A DNA stretch of 64,000 nucleotides. It comes from a virus (lineage: Duplodnaviria; Caudoviricetes). The notes under the pieces are model-generated. The model made no database searches. It had not been told where the DNA came from and worked only from the letters and a program-made list of their open reading frames with translations. The stretch is from the IMG/VR virus record IMGVR_UViG_641201006_000001, positions 154,949 to 218,948 of that record; one strand, 5' to 3'. Position numbers and translations under genes: made by a program. This document shows, piece by piece, positions 39,719 to 49,773 of the stretch (position 1 is its first letter; the number at the start of each line of letters is the position of its first letter).

Positions 39719-40356
39719 TATTTATTCGCTCCTTTGAAGTCTTTTGAGAAGTCTACTGCTAATGCTTCTTTTGCGTATTCAGGTACACTGTCTACAGATG
39801 CTTGTGCATCCGGAATGAATGTTGCGTTTGCAATGTAATCATCTGCAAGTGGTACGTCGGCCGCATATTCTTCTTGTTGCATTAACTCAATGAATAAGTC
39901 ACGAGCGTTGCTAAAGTTTAATCCATGTTCAAGAATCATTTCTCGTGTCTTTAACACAAGTGGATTCTCCATGTTAGGATTGATTAAGATTGTGCTAAGT
40001 ACACTGCTGTACGTAATCTTCCATAGTCCTGCACGAATACCAACTGCAACTGCAATCATTGTTAATTCAGGATTGAATAATAACGGGAAGTTCGGGTTGT
40101 TTACACCGCCCATGAACTCTTCTACTGTTTTACCAATTGCTACTTTACCTACGGATGGATCAGCAGTCGCTAACCATGTTGGGTAGAATAACATACTATA
40201 TGAGATTAATAGAGCAGCACTTGGAATCTCCGGCTTTAATGCAACCTGTGCTGATACGAAATCAATAACAACTGCATCTTCTGGATTATCTCCCATGTCT
40301 CTGTCAATCATTGCAGAACGTAATGATGTATAAATACTTTCATAAAAACTAGCCAT
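39718..40356 (-). CDS. Hypothetical protein
   Basis: 212 aa. Confidence 0.75.
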   Translation of the reverse strand: MASFYESIYTSLRSAMIDRDMGDNPEDAVVIDFVSAQVALKPEIPSAALLISYSMLFYPTWLATADPSVGKVAIGKTVEEFMGGVNNPNFPLLFNPELTMIAVAVGIRAGLWKITYSSVLSTILINPNMENPLVLKTREMILEHGLNFSNARDLFIELMQQEEYAADVPLADDYIANATFIPDAQASVDSVPEYAKEALAVDFSKDFKGANK

Positions 40357-40389
40357 TGATATAATGCCCCCTATGTAATGTTTTCGCCC

Positions 40390-40788
40390 CTATATTGTAA
40401 CAGGCGGGATAAGGTCTTGTACAGCTTCGAATGCATCTTGACCGTCTTGGTAACCTTGATCGTACTGTTTTCGATAGTCGTCATGATAATTCTCTGTATC
40501 GAACGGCGTACCATCGAACCCTTGTGCAAATCCAGTACGATAGGCAGATGAATACTGTGCATCTAAATCTGCACAAATATGACGTTCATCAATCGTACCG
40601 TTCTTCCATTCTGAAATCGTAGCTTCTTTGTTCTTGAATTGTTCATTTGCTTCTTCCATACGTTGTTTTGTATAGACTGCACCTAAACCACACCCGCATC
40701 CATCATTAAATAAAAACTCACCCTGTTTAGGAGTGAGTCCCGTAAATATAAATGCTTCACGAACTTGTTCAGGAGTAATACGCTTCAT
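40390..40788 (-). CDS. Hypothetical protein
   Basis: 132 aa; Y..GF..G / Y..GY.DG repeats; overlaps the recJ stop. Confidence 0.7.
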   Translation of the reverse strand: MKRITPEQVREAFIFTGLTPKQGEFLFNDGCGCGLGAVYTKQRMEEANEQFKNKEATISEWKNGTIDERHICADLDAQYSSAYRTGFAQGFDGTPFDTENYHDDYRKQYDQGYQDGQDAFEAVQDLIPPVTI

Positions 40789-42518
40789 CGCCTTTTACCT
40801 GCCTTTCGTAAATCCTTGATTTTTAGTTGCACATCAACTTTACCTTTGTACTCATTTCTATCCGGAACGAATACAATGTCGATGTTCTTCGGTTTCCCTA
40901 ATGCTTCATACTTCTCATACAGGAAGAAACCAATCGTACTAAACGTTTTCTTTCCGTCGGACATAAGCGCCCACAAGTGGTTCTTCTCATCTCCTACCGG
41001 CATCTCACGAATCACACGCATCTTCTCCATCATAAACGATGGTTGCGCATGACCTCTGCCAAACGGCTCCATCTTATTCATCTCATCAACAAAGTCTAAG
41101 TCGATGATGTTACCTTTGACAATCGCATCCACGTAAACCTTAGGCTGTAAGTCAATCTCACTAATCATCGTATCCGCAAGGAACTCCATACGTGTCTTCA
41201 ACTCTTGGAATTTATCATTTGTAACAGATAAACCACAAGCCATTGCGTGACCGCCGAATCCTTCCATGACATCGGTCTGTCTCATAAGTGATGTGAATAA
41301 ATCAAATCCCGTAATGCTACGACCACTGCCCTTGTATAGTCCCGGTTCATCTGCATCTGTCATTATAATAGATGGTTTGTAGAAGTGGTTCATTAAGCGA
41401 GATGCAATGAGTCCCACAATGCCTTCGGGTATACCAGGATAATAGTGTACGATGATGTTCGTTGGATTATCTATTTGGTCTGCTTCGACACTCTTGATAA
41501 TGTTACCAACGTACGTCTTCGTGAGTTCCTTACGTTCCTTGTTGATCTCCACGAGTTTCTTTGCGCAACGATAGGCTGCTAACTTATTCGTAGAGATTAA
41601 CATATCCACCGCTTCTTCTGCTGATACAATACGACCAGCAGCATTAATACACGGTGCAATTGTCCATCCAATGTCCTGCGATGTAATCTGTTTTAATTCA
41701 TTCGCACGGAACAATTGGTATAGGCCTCTGTTTGGTTTGCGATTCATCATATCAATACCTAGTTTACCAATGACACGATTCTCATCAATGATGTCCATCA
41801 TGTCGGCAAATGTGCCAAGAGCCACAATATCCATGTATTGATACGCACCGGCTCTCCCAGCAGGATGAATCTTGTCGCAAACGGCGCAGAGTATTTTAAA
41901 TGATACGCCCACACCCGCAAGTCCTTTAAATGGATACTTGCAGTCCGGACGTTTTGGATTAACGACGATGGTATCCGGAATGAGATAGTCGCCAATGTGT
42001 TGCCCTACCTTCTGTACGTCATCTTTATACGCACTTGATTCTTGTGGTTCATGGTGGTCAGTGATGATAATATCCATGCCCTTATTCTTTGCGTATGCTA
42101 CTTGTTGGATTGCTGTGATGCCAGTATCACAAGTAATAACCAAATCAACTCCATTGTCAGCAAATAGATCCAGTCCTCTCTGATTTACACCATACCCATC
42201 TTTGAATCGGTCAGGTACGAAGTACATAACATCTAATCCCAGTTCACGTAATATCAGTACCCATATGGCTGTAGAACTTGCACCATCGGCGTCATAATCA
42301 CCGAAGATACCTATCGTTTCTTTCTTTTGAACAGCTTCAATAATACGAGTAACAGCTTTCTTCATATCCCTCATCTTATAAGGATTGTGAAGCTTCTTCT
42401 TGGTGATACGAAGGAACTCTTCTACGTCCTCTATACCACGAGCTTCCAATATGTCATAGATTAAATCATCCTTATGACTGATACGTAAGCCACCTGTTTG
42501 CCATACTGCGTCTGCCAT
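40785..42518 (-). CDS. recJ: ssDNA 5'-3' exonuclease RecJ
   Basis: GDYDADG, TCDTG, TDHH, INAAGR, GSGRS, GGHAMACG, EPFG. Confidence 0.97.
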   Translation of the reverse strand: MADAVWQTGGLRISHKDDLIYDILEARGIEDVEEFLRITKKKLHNPYKMRDMKKAVTRIIEAVQKKETIGIFGDYDADGASSTAIWVLILRELGLDVMYFVPDRFKDGYGVNQRGLDLFADNGVDLVITCDTGITAIQQVAYAKNKGMDIIITDHHEPQESSAYKDDVQKVGQHIGDYLIPDTIVVNPKRPDCKYPFKGLAGVGVSFKILCAVCDKIHPAGRAGAYQYMDIVALGTFADMMDIIDENRVIGKLGIDMMNRKPNRGLYQLFRANELKQITSQDIGWTIAPCINAAGRIVSAEEAVDMLISTNKLAAYRCAKKLVEINKERKELTKTYVGNIIKSVEADQIDNPTNIIVHYYPGIPEGIVGLIASRLMNHFYKPSIIMTDADEPGLYKGSGRSITGFDLFTSLMRQTDVMEGFGGHAMACGLSVTNDKFQELKTRMEFLADTMISEIDLQPKVYVDAIVKGNIIDLDFVDEMNKMEPFGRGHAQPSFMMEKMRVIREMPVGDEKNHLWALMSDGKKTFSTIGFFLYEKYEALGKPKNIDIVFVPDRNEYKGKVDVQLKIKDLRKAGKRR

Positions 42519-42589
42519 TCGTTCACCTACTTTCCTTAGAATCGTTATTCTAAGTATAAACGATAAAAGCTAAGATATACACGTATACC

Positions 42590-43141
42590 CTAGCTTACCG
42601 CCTTCTTCTTTTTCTTTTTAACCGGTTTATCGCCTGTTGCTTTCGCCGGTTTAGATGATTTTGGTTTCTTTCTCACACGTTTTGCCTTTTGTTCTTCGGC
42701 TAGTTTCTCCTCATTACGAATCTTATTTACTTCGATATTCATAAGGCGTGTGATAGACTCATGGTCATGGTTAAAATCATACAGTGACGTAGGTAATGGT
42801 TTATCTACATCACCATCAGCAAGCGCAAGTAATGGTGCTACGGTATCCTTTGCCTTCTTGCGTCGCTCAAGTTCTTGCTTTTGTAATATCGCAAGGACAC
42901 GAGGTTCTGCTAGGCTACGTAACCGCACTAACTCTTGCTCGCCGATTGGTACAGCTTCTATACGAGGCTTATGATCTTTAAGGGTAAGTATCTGTACTGA
43001 TTCAAATTCCTTCATCAGTTCGATAAGCTCACTCATAAACTCATTGTCCACCGTATCTACATGCTCATATAAATGCCATGCAATTTTACTCATCGGGTGT
43101 TCGTCACCCATAAACCAATCAGCAGGAACAACTATCGTCAT
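42590..43141 (-). CDS. Hypothetical protein with a Lys-rich tail
   Basis: 183 aa; AAGGAGG SD. Confidence 0.75.
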   Translation of the reverse strand: MTIVVPADWFMGDEHPMSKIAWHLYEHVDTVDNEFMSELIELMKEFESVQILTLKDHKPRIEAVPIGEQELVRLRSLAEPRVLAILQKQELERRKKAKDTVAPLLALADGDVDKPLPTSLYDFNHDHESITRLMNIEVNKIRNEEKLAEEQKAKRVRKKPKSSKPAKATGDKPVKKKKKKAVS

Positions 43142-43271
43142 AACTGCAACCTCCTTATAAAAGCATCATTACATACGTGAATATGCAGAATGCTAACATT
43201 AAATATTTCTTCACGATGTCCCCTCCTATTTTAGAGCAAACAAAAAGTTCCGTGCGAACGGAACCTCTGTC

Positions 43272-43484
43272 TTAGCCTTCTGCTGGTGGTTGTGGTGCTG
43301 CGCCAGCCGGTGCTTCTTCTACTTTCGTAAGTAAACGATCCATGTTGATTAGTTCGTTTAATACGTGGTAGCCACCGTTAGCTTGTAAGTTTAGTGAGTT
43401 GCGGATTTCTTCCTTCAACTGACCAATCTTACCCTTTACCGCATCAAATGCTTCTTGTTGCTCTTTTGATAAGTTACTAGCCAT
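43272..43484 (-). CDS. Small hypothetical protein
   Basis: ATG 43484 after GAGGTG. Confidence 0.7.
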   Translation of the reverse strand: MASNLSKEQQEAFDAVKGKIGQLKEEIRNSLNLQANGGYHVLNELINMDRLLTKVEEAPAGAAPQPPAEG

Positions 43485-43529
43485 ATGTATCACCTCAATA
43501 ATAGGATAGAGGACACGCCTCGTTACCAA

Positions 43530-44312
43530 TTATATCTTATTTGGATACATAAGGATATATTCTTTTACATCCGCTTCCACGATAGCATGAAGTTCTTCCT
43601 TCAACTTCTCACCATCTTGTGAGTATAAATCATGTGCTTGTTGATAGATATACTCGTACGGCATCATATCTTCTAACAAGCGTTGCGCTGTATGAACGGC
43701 AAAGTCACCCGGAATCACATTGTGTCTATAATCCAGCATCTTTGCTCGGTACAGGTCATCCGCATAGATAAGGTTATGCAATGTTTCAAATCCTTCGTCT
43801 GCAAACTTCATTAAGATAGTAGCTGTGCGATGAATGAACACCATTTCCTTACCGTCATATGAACCATCGCCACGTTTCTCATAGTCCTTTACGAATCGCT
43901 TCACACGATGCTGTATGCTATGATACTGTGACTTGTAGAACTTAAACAGATTCATGCGTACGATCTTATCTCGCATGGTCAGTATCTTCTTTAGACCACC
44001 AGTATGCTGTGCGAATGGACTAACGTCCGAATACGATGCATAGAGCAACTGCAAGATGTCGAGACTTTGTTTGTATAGTAATTCAGGCAAGTCACGGAAA
44101 TCATATGTTTTTAAATCAATCATATTTTCCGGTGCGCATAAGTCTTTTAAGTAACGCTTACCTTCATATAAATCTTTGAACGTTGGATATACGATTTGAA
44201 TCACATCAAAATCAGATTCTCCACTTACTGCTAGGTTGTATTCATGACTACCTGTTCCCGCAACCCATACGGTATCTCTTTCTGCGATTTGTAATTGGTC
44301 TTGGATTCCCAT
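43530..44312 (-). CDS. Pol-beta-superfamily nucleotidyltransferase (YcgL/RlaP-like)
   Basis: GSHEYNL...SDFD (GS-x-DxD) motif. Confidence 0.8.
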   Translation of the reverse strand: MGIQDQLQIAERDTVWVAGTGSHEYNLAVSGESDFDVIQIVYPTFKDLYEGKRYLKDLCAPENMIDLKTYDFRDLPELLYKQSLDILQLLYASYSDVSPFAQHTGGLKKILTMRDKIVRMNLFKFYKSQYHSIQHRVKRFVKDYEKRGDGSYDGKEMVFIHRTATILMKFADEGFETLHNLIYADDLYRAKMLDYRHNVIPGDFAVHTAQRLLEDMMPYEYIYQQAHDLYSQDGEKLKEELHAIVEADVKEYILMYPNKI

Positions 44313-44313
44313 C

Positions 44314-44607
44314 CTATTTACCTCCTTTATTGAATACTGTTTTATGTATAGCGTTTACTGCTGATTTGATTACATCTGCACGGTTAACGGAACTCACACC
44401 GTGGTCTACATAATAATCCATTAGCTCTCCCATTTGTTTGCATGTTTCATTTGGAACAGCTACCAACTGTGTATCCTTTGTTTCTAAATTTAAAGCATAT
44501 GCAATTTGTCGTGCTGCTGATTCATTTACACAACGTGCTACTAGAATTTGTTTTGCTGTATCTTGTACTGACCAGCTAGTTCCTTGAATTGCTACATATC
44601 TTGCCAT
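44314..44607 (-). CDS. Hypothetical protein with a possible C-terminal ribbon-helix-helix
   Basis: LVAVPNET...NRADVIKSAV. Confidence 0.65.
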   Translation of the reverse strand: MARYVAIQGTSWSVQDTAKQILVARCVNESAARQIAYALNLETKDTQLVAVPNETCKQMGELMDYYVDHGVSSVNRADVIKSAVNAIHKTVFNKGGK

Positions 44608-45044
44608 GTCATTTCTCTCCCATTCACTATTTTATTATGTACAGCCAATGATTGTTCATTCGAGTGTACGAATTGTTTTGCTGATAGTGACATATTCTCT
44701 GCCCATGCACGGTATTCTTTATTGATACTGTGATGCACACGATCCATATGCACAAATAGGATATAATCAATGCAGAAGTATGTCGGTATATTTAATACCT
44801 CACATATGCGTAGTCCTATATCCATTGCAACGGCGAACTGTCCCTTCTCTACTTTACGTAGATAGTCACGTTTCGCTCGTGTCTTTAGCTTAATCGCAAG
44901 CATCTCATATGAGTAACCCTTTGCCTCTCGTGCTTCCTTCATCGCCACCGTAAACGGATGTATGCGTTCCGGTTGCACGGGCATAGCCTTACGACCAACA
45001 ATCTTCTTATATAATGTCGTCAATGTGTATCTCCCCTTTGACAT
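44592..45044 (-). CDS. XRE-family HTH protein (start uncertain)
   Basis: MKEAREAKGYSYEMLA...YLRKVEKG...ICEVLNI. Confidence 0.75.
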   Translation of the reverse strand: MSKGRYTLTTLYKKIVGRKAMPVQPERIHPFTVAMKEAREAKGYSYEMLAIKLKTRAKRDYLRKVEKGQFAVAMDIGLRICEVLNIPTYFCIDYILFVHMDRVHHSINKEYRAWAENMSLSAKQFVHSNEQSLAVHNKIVNGREMTWQDM

Positions 45045-45170
45045 AGGTCTTTCTAATGAACAGAGAAGGAAAAGTGAAAGTAAAGAAGTTGAGTATAGTA
45101 TTGTGTGTGAAAAATACCCTTCTCTGCTCATTACAAAGGGCGTGACCGGAGCCACGCCTATGTGCTTTGA

Positions 45171-45584
45171 TTAATGTACGATCTTTTCTTGTGTAACTGT
45201 TGCTTCGTCTACAGGCGTGCCTTCTTCTTCGCCATCTTCGTCATCATGACCAAGTGGCTTACCGCAAGAGCATTTACCTTCACGAGCGTTTTCTTGTGCT
45301 GCTTCTAATTGCTCTAACATTTCGATTACATTAGGGTCAGTCGTCATCAGTTCTTCGATTTTCGCTCTCGCTTCTACTTTCTTAGCTTCCACTGCTGCAT
45401 CAAGTTCTGCTTCCGTGATAAGACCTTTCTCAACCAATAGGTCGATTAACACTGTACCGTGACCAATTTCGCTTACGATTTCTTCTTCTAATTGCTCACG
45501 TACTTGGTCTTTTACTGGACGGTCAAGAGTAAGACGTGGGCCTCCGAATGGTGATAAGATAGCTCCTAGTAATTCTTTTAACAT
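45171..45584 (-). CDS. Hypothetical protein
   Basis: 137 aa; AGGAGG SD behind a hairpin element. Confidence 0.75.
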   Translation of the reverse strand: MLKELLGAILSPFGGPRLTLDRPVKDQVREQLEEEIVSEIGHGTVLIDLLVEKGLITEAELDAAVEAKKVEARAKIEELMTTDPNVIEMLEQLEAAQENAREGKCSCGKPLGHDDEDGEEEGTPVDEATVTQEKIVH

Positions 45585-45651
45585 GATTGTTTCCTCCTAG
45601 TATGATAGTTAGTTTAGTTTTTACAAAACAGTTCGTGCGAACGAACTAGTC

Positions 45652-45945
45652 CTAGCTAAGTGTATATACTTCGCCTGTTACTGGGTCTGCTGTAATGTCC
45701 CATGCATAAGGGATGTTGTACTTCTTGCAGATATTCATCCAGCAACGATTCTTTTCTTGCACTGCTTTTTCAATCTGTGCGAATGGTACATTATCAGCAA
45801 GCTCAATCGCTTGGATATGTTCCCATGTACGAATGTTTTCTGCTTGTTCTTCCGGCGTTAATACAGCAAGCACTGTACCCTTCTTCGGTTTCTCCTTGAA
45901 TACATTCTTCGCTTTTGGTGTTACTTCTTTATTTTTCTTTTTCAT
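45652..45945 (-). CDS. Hypothetical protein
   Basis: 97 aa. Confidence 0.7.
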   Translation of the reverse strand: MKKKNKEVTPKAKNVFKEKPKKGTVLAVLTPEEQAENIRTWEHIQAIELADNVPFAQIEKAVQEKNRCWMNICKKYNIPYAWDITADPVTGEVYTLS

Positions 45946-45966
45946 GACTTAGTTCCCCGCTTTCAA

Positions 45967-46434
45967 TTATTGTTTCGTAACAAATGCCTTGATGCGTTGT
46001 AACTTTTCTTCACGACTATGACCATCATGCTCTACCATTTCTAAATTAGACATGAAGTAAGCAATTTGACCTTGTGGTAATACGATATAAGCGATAATGT
46101 CGCCAGCCCAATCAGGCTTTTTACGAGACACGACTTCATGTACTTTACCAGCTACAATGTCTCCTACTTTGCGGAACCCTGATTGAAATCCGCAATGCTG
46201 CGCCGTAGCTACACACTGTGTAACCAAACGGTCACGAGTTTTGAAATCACCAATTGCTTCAAAGGACTCAATGCCTAGTAACATATCTCGTAATTCATTT
46301 TGTGCGTTCATTTGGTCAAGTGTATATCTTGGTTTTGGCACACTTGTAGTTTTACCTTCTGTCAATTTCAACAACTCCTGCCTTAAAGAAATTACCATGC
46401 TTATCTTGGTTCGGGAATCCAATACTTGTTGCAT
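45967..46434 (-). CDS. Hypothetical protein
   Basis: 155 aa; GGAGG SD; LPQGQIAY motif. Confidence 0.7.
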   Translation of the reverse strand: MQQVLDSRTKISMVISLRQELLKLTEGKTTSVPKPRYTLDQMNAQNELRDMLLGIESFEAIGDFKTRDRLVTQCVATAQHCGFQSGFRKVGDIVAGKVHEVVSRKKPDWAGDIIAYIVLPQGQIAYFMSNLEMVEHDGHSREEKLQRIKAFVTKQ

Positions 46435-46816
46435 CTCGAACCTCCATCATGTCTCCGCACTTATGACACTTCTTCTCTTTCCATTCCGGAAGGATATACG
46501 CATTGTCTCTGTGCTTACATGTTGGACAGTTGTATCGTAAGCGATACGTTTCTTTCCATTCACCGTCGAACTTCTTATACTTGATGCCAGTCTCTAGATA
46601 GTGTTCGTTCTCCGGATGATCTTCCGCCTCTTCTAAGTGTTCAGGGAAGAATCGTTCCAAAGCTCCTTCTAATTCTGGTGGATATGGTGCTTGAACTCGT
46701 AGTGCTTTTGCTAGTGCTGTCATTGCTACGTATGACTCATCTCTTGTTAATTGTTCGCCAGTGAACCTTACCTCATTGTGTTTATTTACTACACTAAATG
46801 TTATGCTTGTCGCCAT
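46352..46816 (-). CDS. Zinc-ribbon protein (paralogue of 28352..29098)
   Basis: RYNCPTC...CHKCG...GNFFKAG. Confidence 0.75.
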   Translation of the reverse strand: MATSITFSVVNKHNEVRFTGEQLTRDESYVAMTALAKALRVQAPYPPELEGALERFFPEHLEEAEDHPENEHYLETGIKYKKFDGEWKETYRLRYNCPTCKHRDNAYILPEWKEKKCHKCGDMMEVRDATSIGFPNQDKHGNFFKAGVVEIDRR

Positions 46817-47351
46817 CAGTTGGTTCTACCGACGGTTGTTGGTTTTCGTATGCTTTAAAGAAATGGTGCATACGATGCTGTATTAAATGAGATGAAAGTG
46901 CTGTGGCGATAGGGATATATAAGTCATGCGCTAAAACTTTAACATCAGGATGCTGGTCAACAAATGTACCAATCGTGTTGTTGATTGTTTCTGCTAATTT
47001 AATACGGAAGTTCGTATGTGATTCAGGATTATGATTCTGTAGTTCGTCCTCCGGAATCATTTCATCCATGTCACGAGCGAATAACGTAAAGACAGTTGAT
47101 AATGCAAGCAATGGTACAGTAATGTCCATTTTCTCGCCCTGATCTTTACCGAACTTCTCCATCGCATCAGCAATGACAACCTGCATTTCTCTTGTTAATC
47201 GCTCTGCTTCCTGTAACTTCTCCTGCGTCAGTTCTGACAGACCTAATGCCTGTGTGAAGAACTCAATTGGATTTGTTGGAACGCCAGCTTCTTGCTGTGG
47301 TGTCTCTGCCTTAGGCTTAAATGAGACAATGTTGTCTTTTTCTGTAGACAT
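46794..47351 (-). CDS. Hypothetical protein
   Basis: ATG 47351 after AGGGGAG. Confidence 0.75.
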   Translation of the reverse strand: MSTEKDNIVSFKPKAETPQQEAGVPTNPIEFFTQALGLSELTQEKLQEAERLTREMQVVIADAMEKFGKDQGEKMDITVPLLALSTVFTLFARDMDEMIPEDELQNHNPESHTNFRIKLAETINNTIGTFVDQHPDVKVLAHDLYIPIATALSSHLIQHRMHHFFKAYENQQPSVEPTDGDKHNI

Positions 47352-47379
47352 AACTTTTCTCCCCTTTGAAAACATAATA

Positions 47380-48424
47380 AAGGAGGGAACACATAACGTA
47401 TCCCCTCTTCAACCGGTTGTGTATATCGTAGGCTAGTTAGGTATATGGTTTACTCTGCCCTCCGCAGTCCAAAGCACGTTCCGCAAATCAACTTTGCATC
47501 AAAGCTCACAGCTTATAGGTCACACATGTAACTTAACTGTGTAGGTATCCGTTTTATAATTAAGGAACATTCTGCAATGCTAACTCCCCAACCACATGTG
47601 ACCTATAAGCCGGACGAAGAGGTATGAATTATGCAACAAATAAGTACTCACTCTTATCTTGTTAATTCCTTCGTCGGCTTATCGTAAGTTGTTTTCCGCA
47701 CGGTTCCTCCTATTGGATCCAGCGTACACAAGGAAAGAATCTCCTACCATCTACTTGTATGTATTCTCGAAACTTCGTTGCAAAAGGCAAGAATGCCATT
47801 AGCAGAGGATACGAGAGACTCACTGTTGTACGTTACCGATATACTTTACTTTATGGAGTAATCTACTCCAAAGACAAGAGGGAAACCATTTGACTTTTAA
47901 CCACTTTATATTTAAGCCCTCTTATCTTTGCAATAGACTAATAGAATACAATAACGCCACGACAAGTGACCAAAAAGACAACAACATATTATCAAATTTT
48001 AGTGTAGAACATTTCATCAATATGGGCTGTATCACTTGCCGTGTGTATTGCATTGTCGTAGTTTTGGAGATAGTTGTTATGAGACAAACTATCATGGAAT
48101 GGTAGTCTAGGGGGACTACGCATTTGGAGTTATTCACTCCATGTAAGGTGTGTATAGGCTATTGAATACTTGACTATTGGGAGATAGTAAATTTTCCACA
48201 CCCTACATGGAAGGAACAAGTCCTCCATTGTAAGTATCAAACTATTTTATGTAATAGAAAAGGTGAAGCAGTGAATTGTCCAAGTTACACTGCTGGAATG
48301 GGTCGCCCAAAACCCAAATCAACATACAAGGTGGAAAAATATTAGGGTTGGAGGACCCCGGCATCAGCCTTAAAAACCACCTTGTATGCTCATTTGAGTA
48401 GAGGATGTAAATCCTCTCTCTACA
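47380..48424 (-). ncRNA. ~1-kb non-coding array of large stem-loops
   Basis: Stems at 48323-48388, 48139-48210, 47958-48043, 47869-47930, 47611-47677 and 47511-47610; starts at the TGTA of the hairpin element at 48433; no credible ORF. Confidence 0.6.
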
Positions 48425-48450
48425 ACATAGTTCGTGCGAACGAACAAAGC

Positions 48451-48843
48451 CTATTCTTGTCTAATTTTTTCAATAACCTCGTCACGACGACGGGCATAAA
48501 ATTCAGATAAGATACTAAGCACATGTGCTGCACTTAACAGTTCAGCCGTTGGAGTCGGCTTCATGTCACTACGATTCTCATCCAGTAACCGAATGAGTTT
48601 GTCACCAATGACAAGACCTTCGTCCATTGATTTCTTAGCGTGTGCTTCATCAGGTGATAAACCTTTCAGTGACCATTCATATGCCACCTGTCCTAATGAT
48701 GCTATTAATAGGAAGAGATCCATACGCTCATATTTATACTCTTCTTTGGTAAATGTCTCAATTGCCTTCTTAATTGCGGTTGAGACTTCTTGGATGTTTT
48801 CTTTCGTAAATTGTTGCTCATATGTATTTTCGTTTACAGCCAT
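48451..48843 (-). CDS. Hypothetical protein
   Basis: ATG 48843 after GAGGGAG. Confidence 0.7.
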   Translation of the reverse strand: MAVNENTYEQQFTKENIQEVSTAIKKAIETFTKEEYKYERMDLFLLIASLGQVAYEWSLKGLSPDEAHAKKSMDEGLVIGDKLIRLLDENRSDMKPTPTAELLSAAHVLSILSEFYARRRDEVIEKIRQE

Positions 48844-48974
48844 GTCTTGTACCACTCCCTCGTCTTGTCCCTTTTTAAAAAAAAAGAGAACGATCTCGGC
48901 ATAGCGGATAACCGCTACACTGAGTATACGTTCTCTGTAAGGGACTGTCAACACTTTGAGGGATATTTGTAACA

Positions 48975-49697
48975 TTAAGCGAAGAAGTCAGCGTCCTTCT
49001 GTTTTGAAGATGCTACTTCTTTCTTCGCTTGGTTCTGCTGTTTACGTCCAGCAGATTGTTGCTTTTTCTTTTGTTGCTGAGTAGAGCGTCCACCACGTTG
49101 CGTTTGCTTTTTAGGTTTTTCCTCTACCTCTTCAGGTTCTTCCACTTCCTCTTGGTCTTCCTCTTCGAAGTTATCGTCATCCTCAACATTATCATCCGCT
49201 TCATCTTCACCTACGAACTCGATGTCATCATCTTCGTCGATGTCGTCGAAATCTTCATCGTCAGTATCAACACTACGTCCAGTGTTGCGTCCCTCTGATG
49301 ATGGTACAAATGACGCCGTTTGGATTACGAACTCATACGTATTATATGGTACACCGCTAATCGTTTTGATTTTCGTTGCACCATTCTTTTTGATTTTAAT
49401 ATCAACATCCATTTGCTTCTCTGATTTACGTACATAACCAGTAAGCACAACAGGATGACCAGTTTTATCATCTTTACCATCGGCACTAAAATGCTCGTCT
49501 AAGAAACCAACTAGACCGCCTTTGTTACCGAAGTCTCTAAAGCAAACTGCGTCCATGAACTCGTATTCACCAGTTTCAGGATTACGATAACCGATACGTC
49601 CACGGAATAAAGTGCGGTCGTCATTATCGTTCTTTTTGTCAGTCCACTCATAAGCTTTACCATTATATAATTTACCTACTACAGTTGTGTTCATCAT
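48975..49697 (-). CDS. Second probable SSB (OB fold, acidic tail ending DFFA)
   Basis: MNTTVVGKL...EFMDAVCF...VVLTG; acidic tail. Confidence 0.7.
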   Translation of the reverse strand: MMNTTVVGKLYNGKAYEWTDKKNDNDDRTLFRGRIGYRNPETGEYEFMDAVCFRDFGNKGGLVGFLDEHFSADGKDDKTGHPVVLTGYVRKSEKQMDVDIKIKKNGATKIKTISGVPYNTYEFVIQTASFVPSSEGRNTGRSVDTDDEDFDDIDEDDDIEFVGEDEADDNVEDDDNFEEEDQEEVEEPEEVEEKPKKQTQRGGRSTQQQKKKQQSAGRKQQNQAKKEVASSKQKDADFFA

Positions 49698-49773
49698 TTT
49701 AACATCTCTCCAATTCAACATTTTATTTTAATAGATAATACAAAACAGCTCGTGCGAACGAGCCACACAATAC

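Noticed and set aside
47380-48424. CRISPR array, or the ORFs 47890..48105 and 47922..48137
   Set aside because: No direct repeats of CRISPR length; the ORFs lack a convincing SD and overlap the stems
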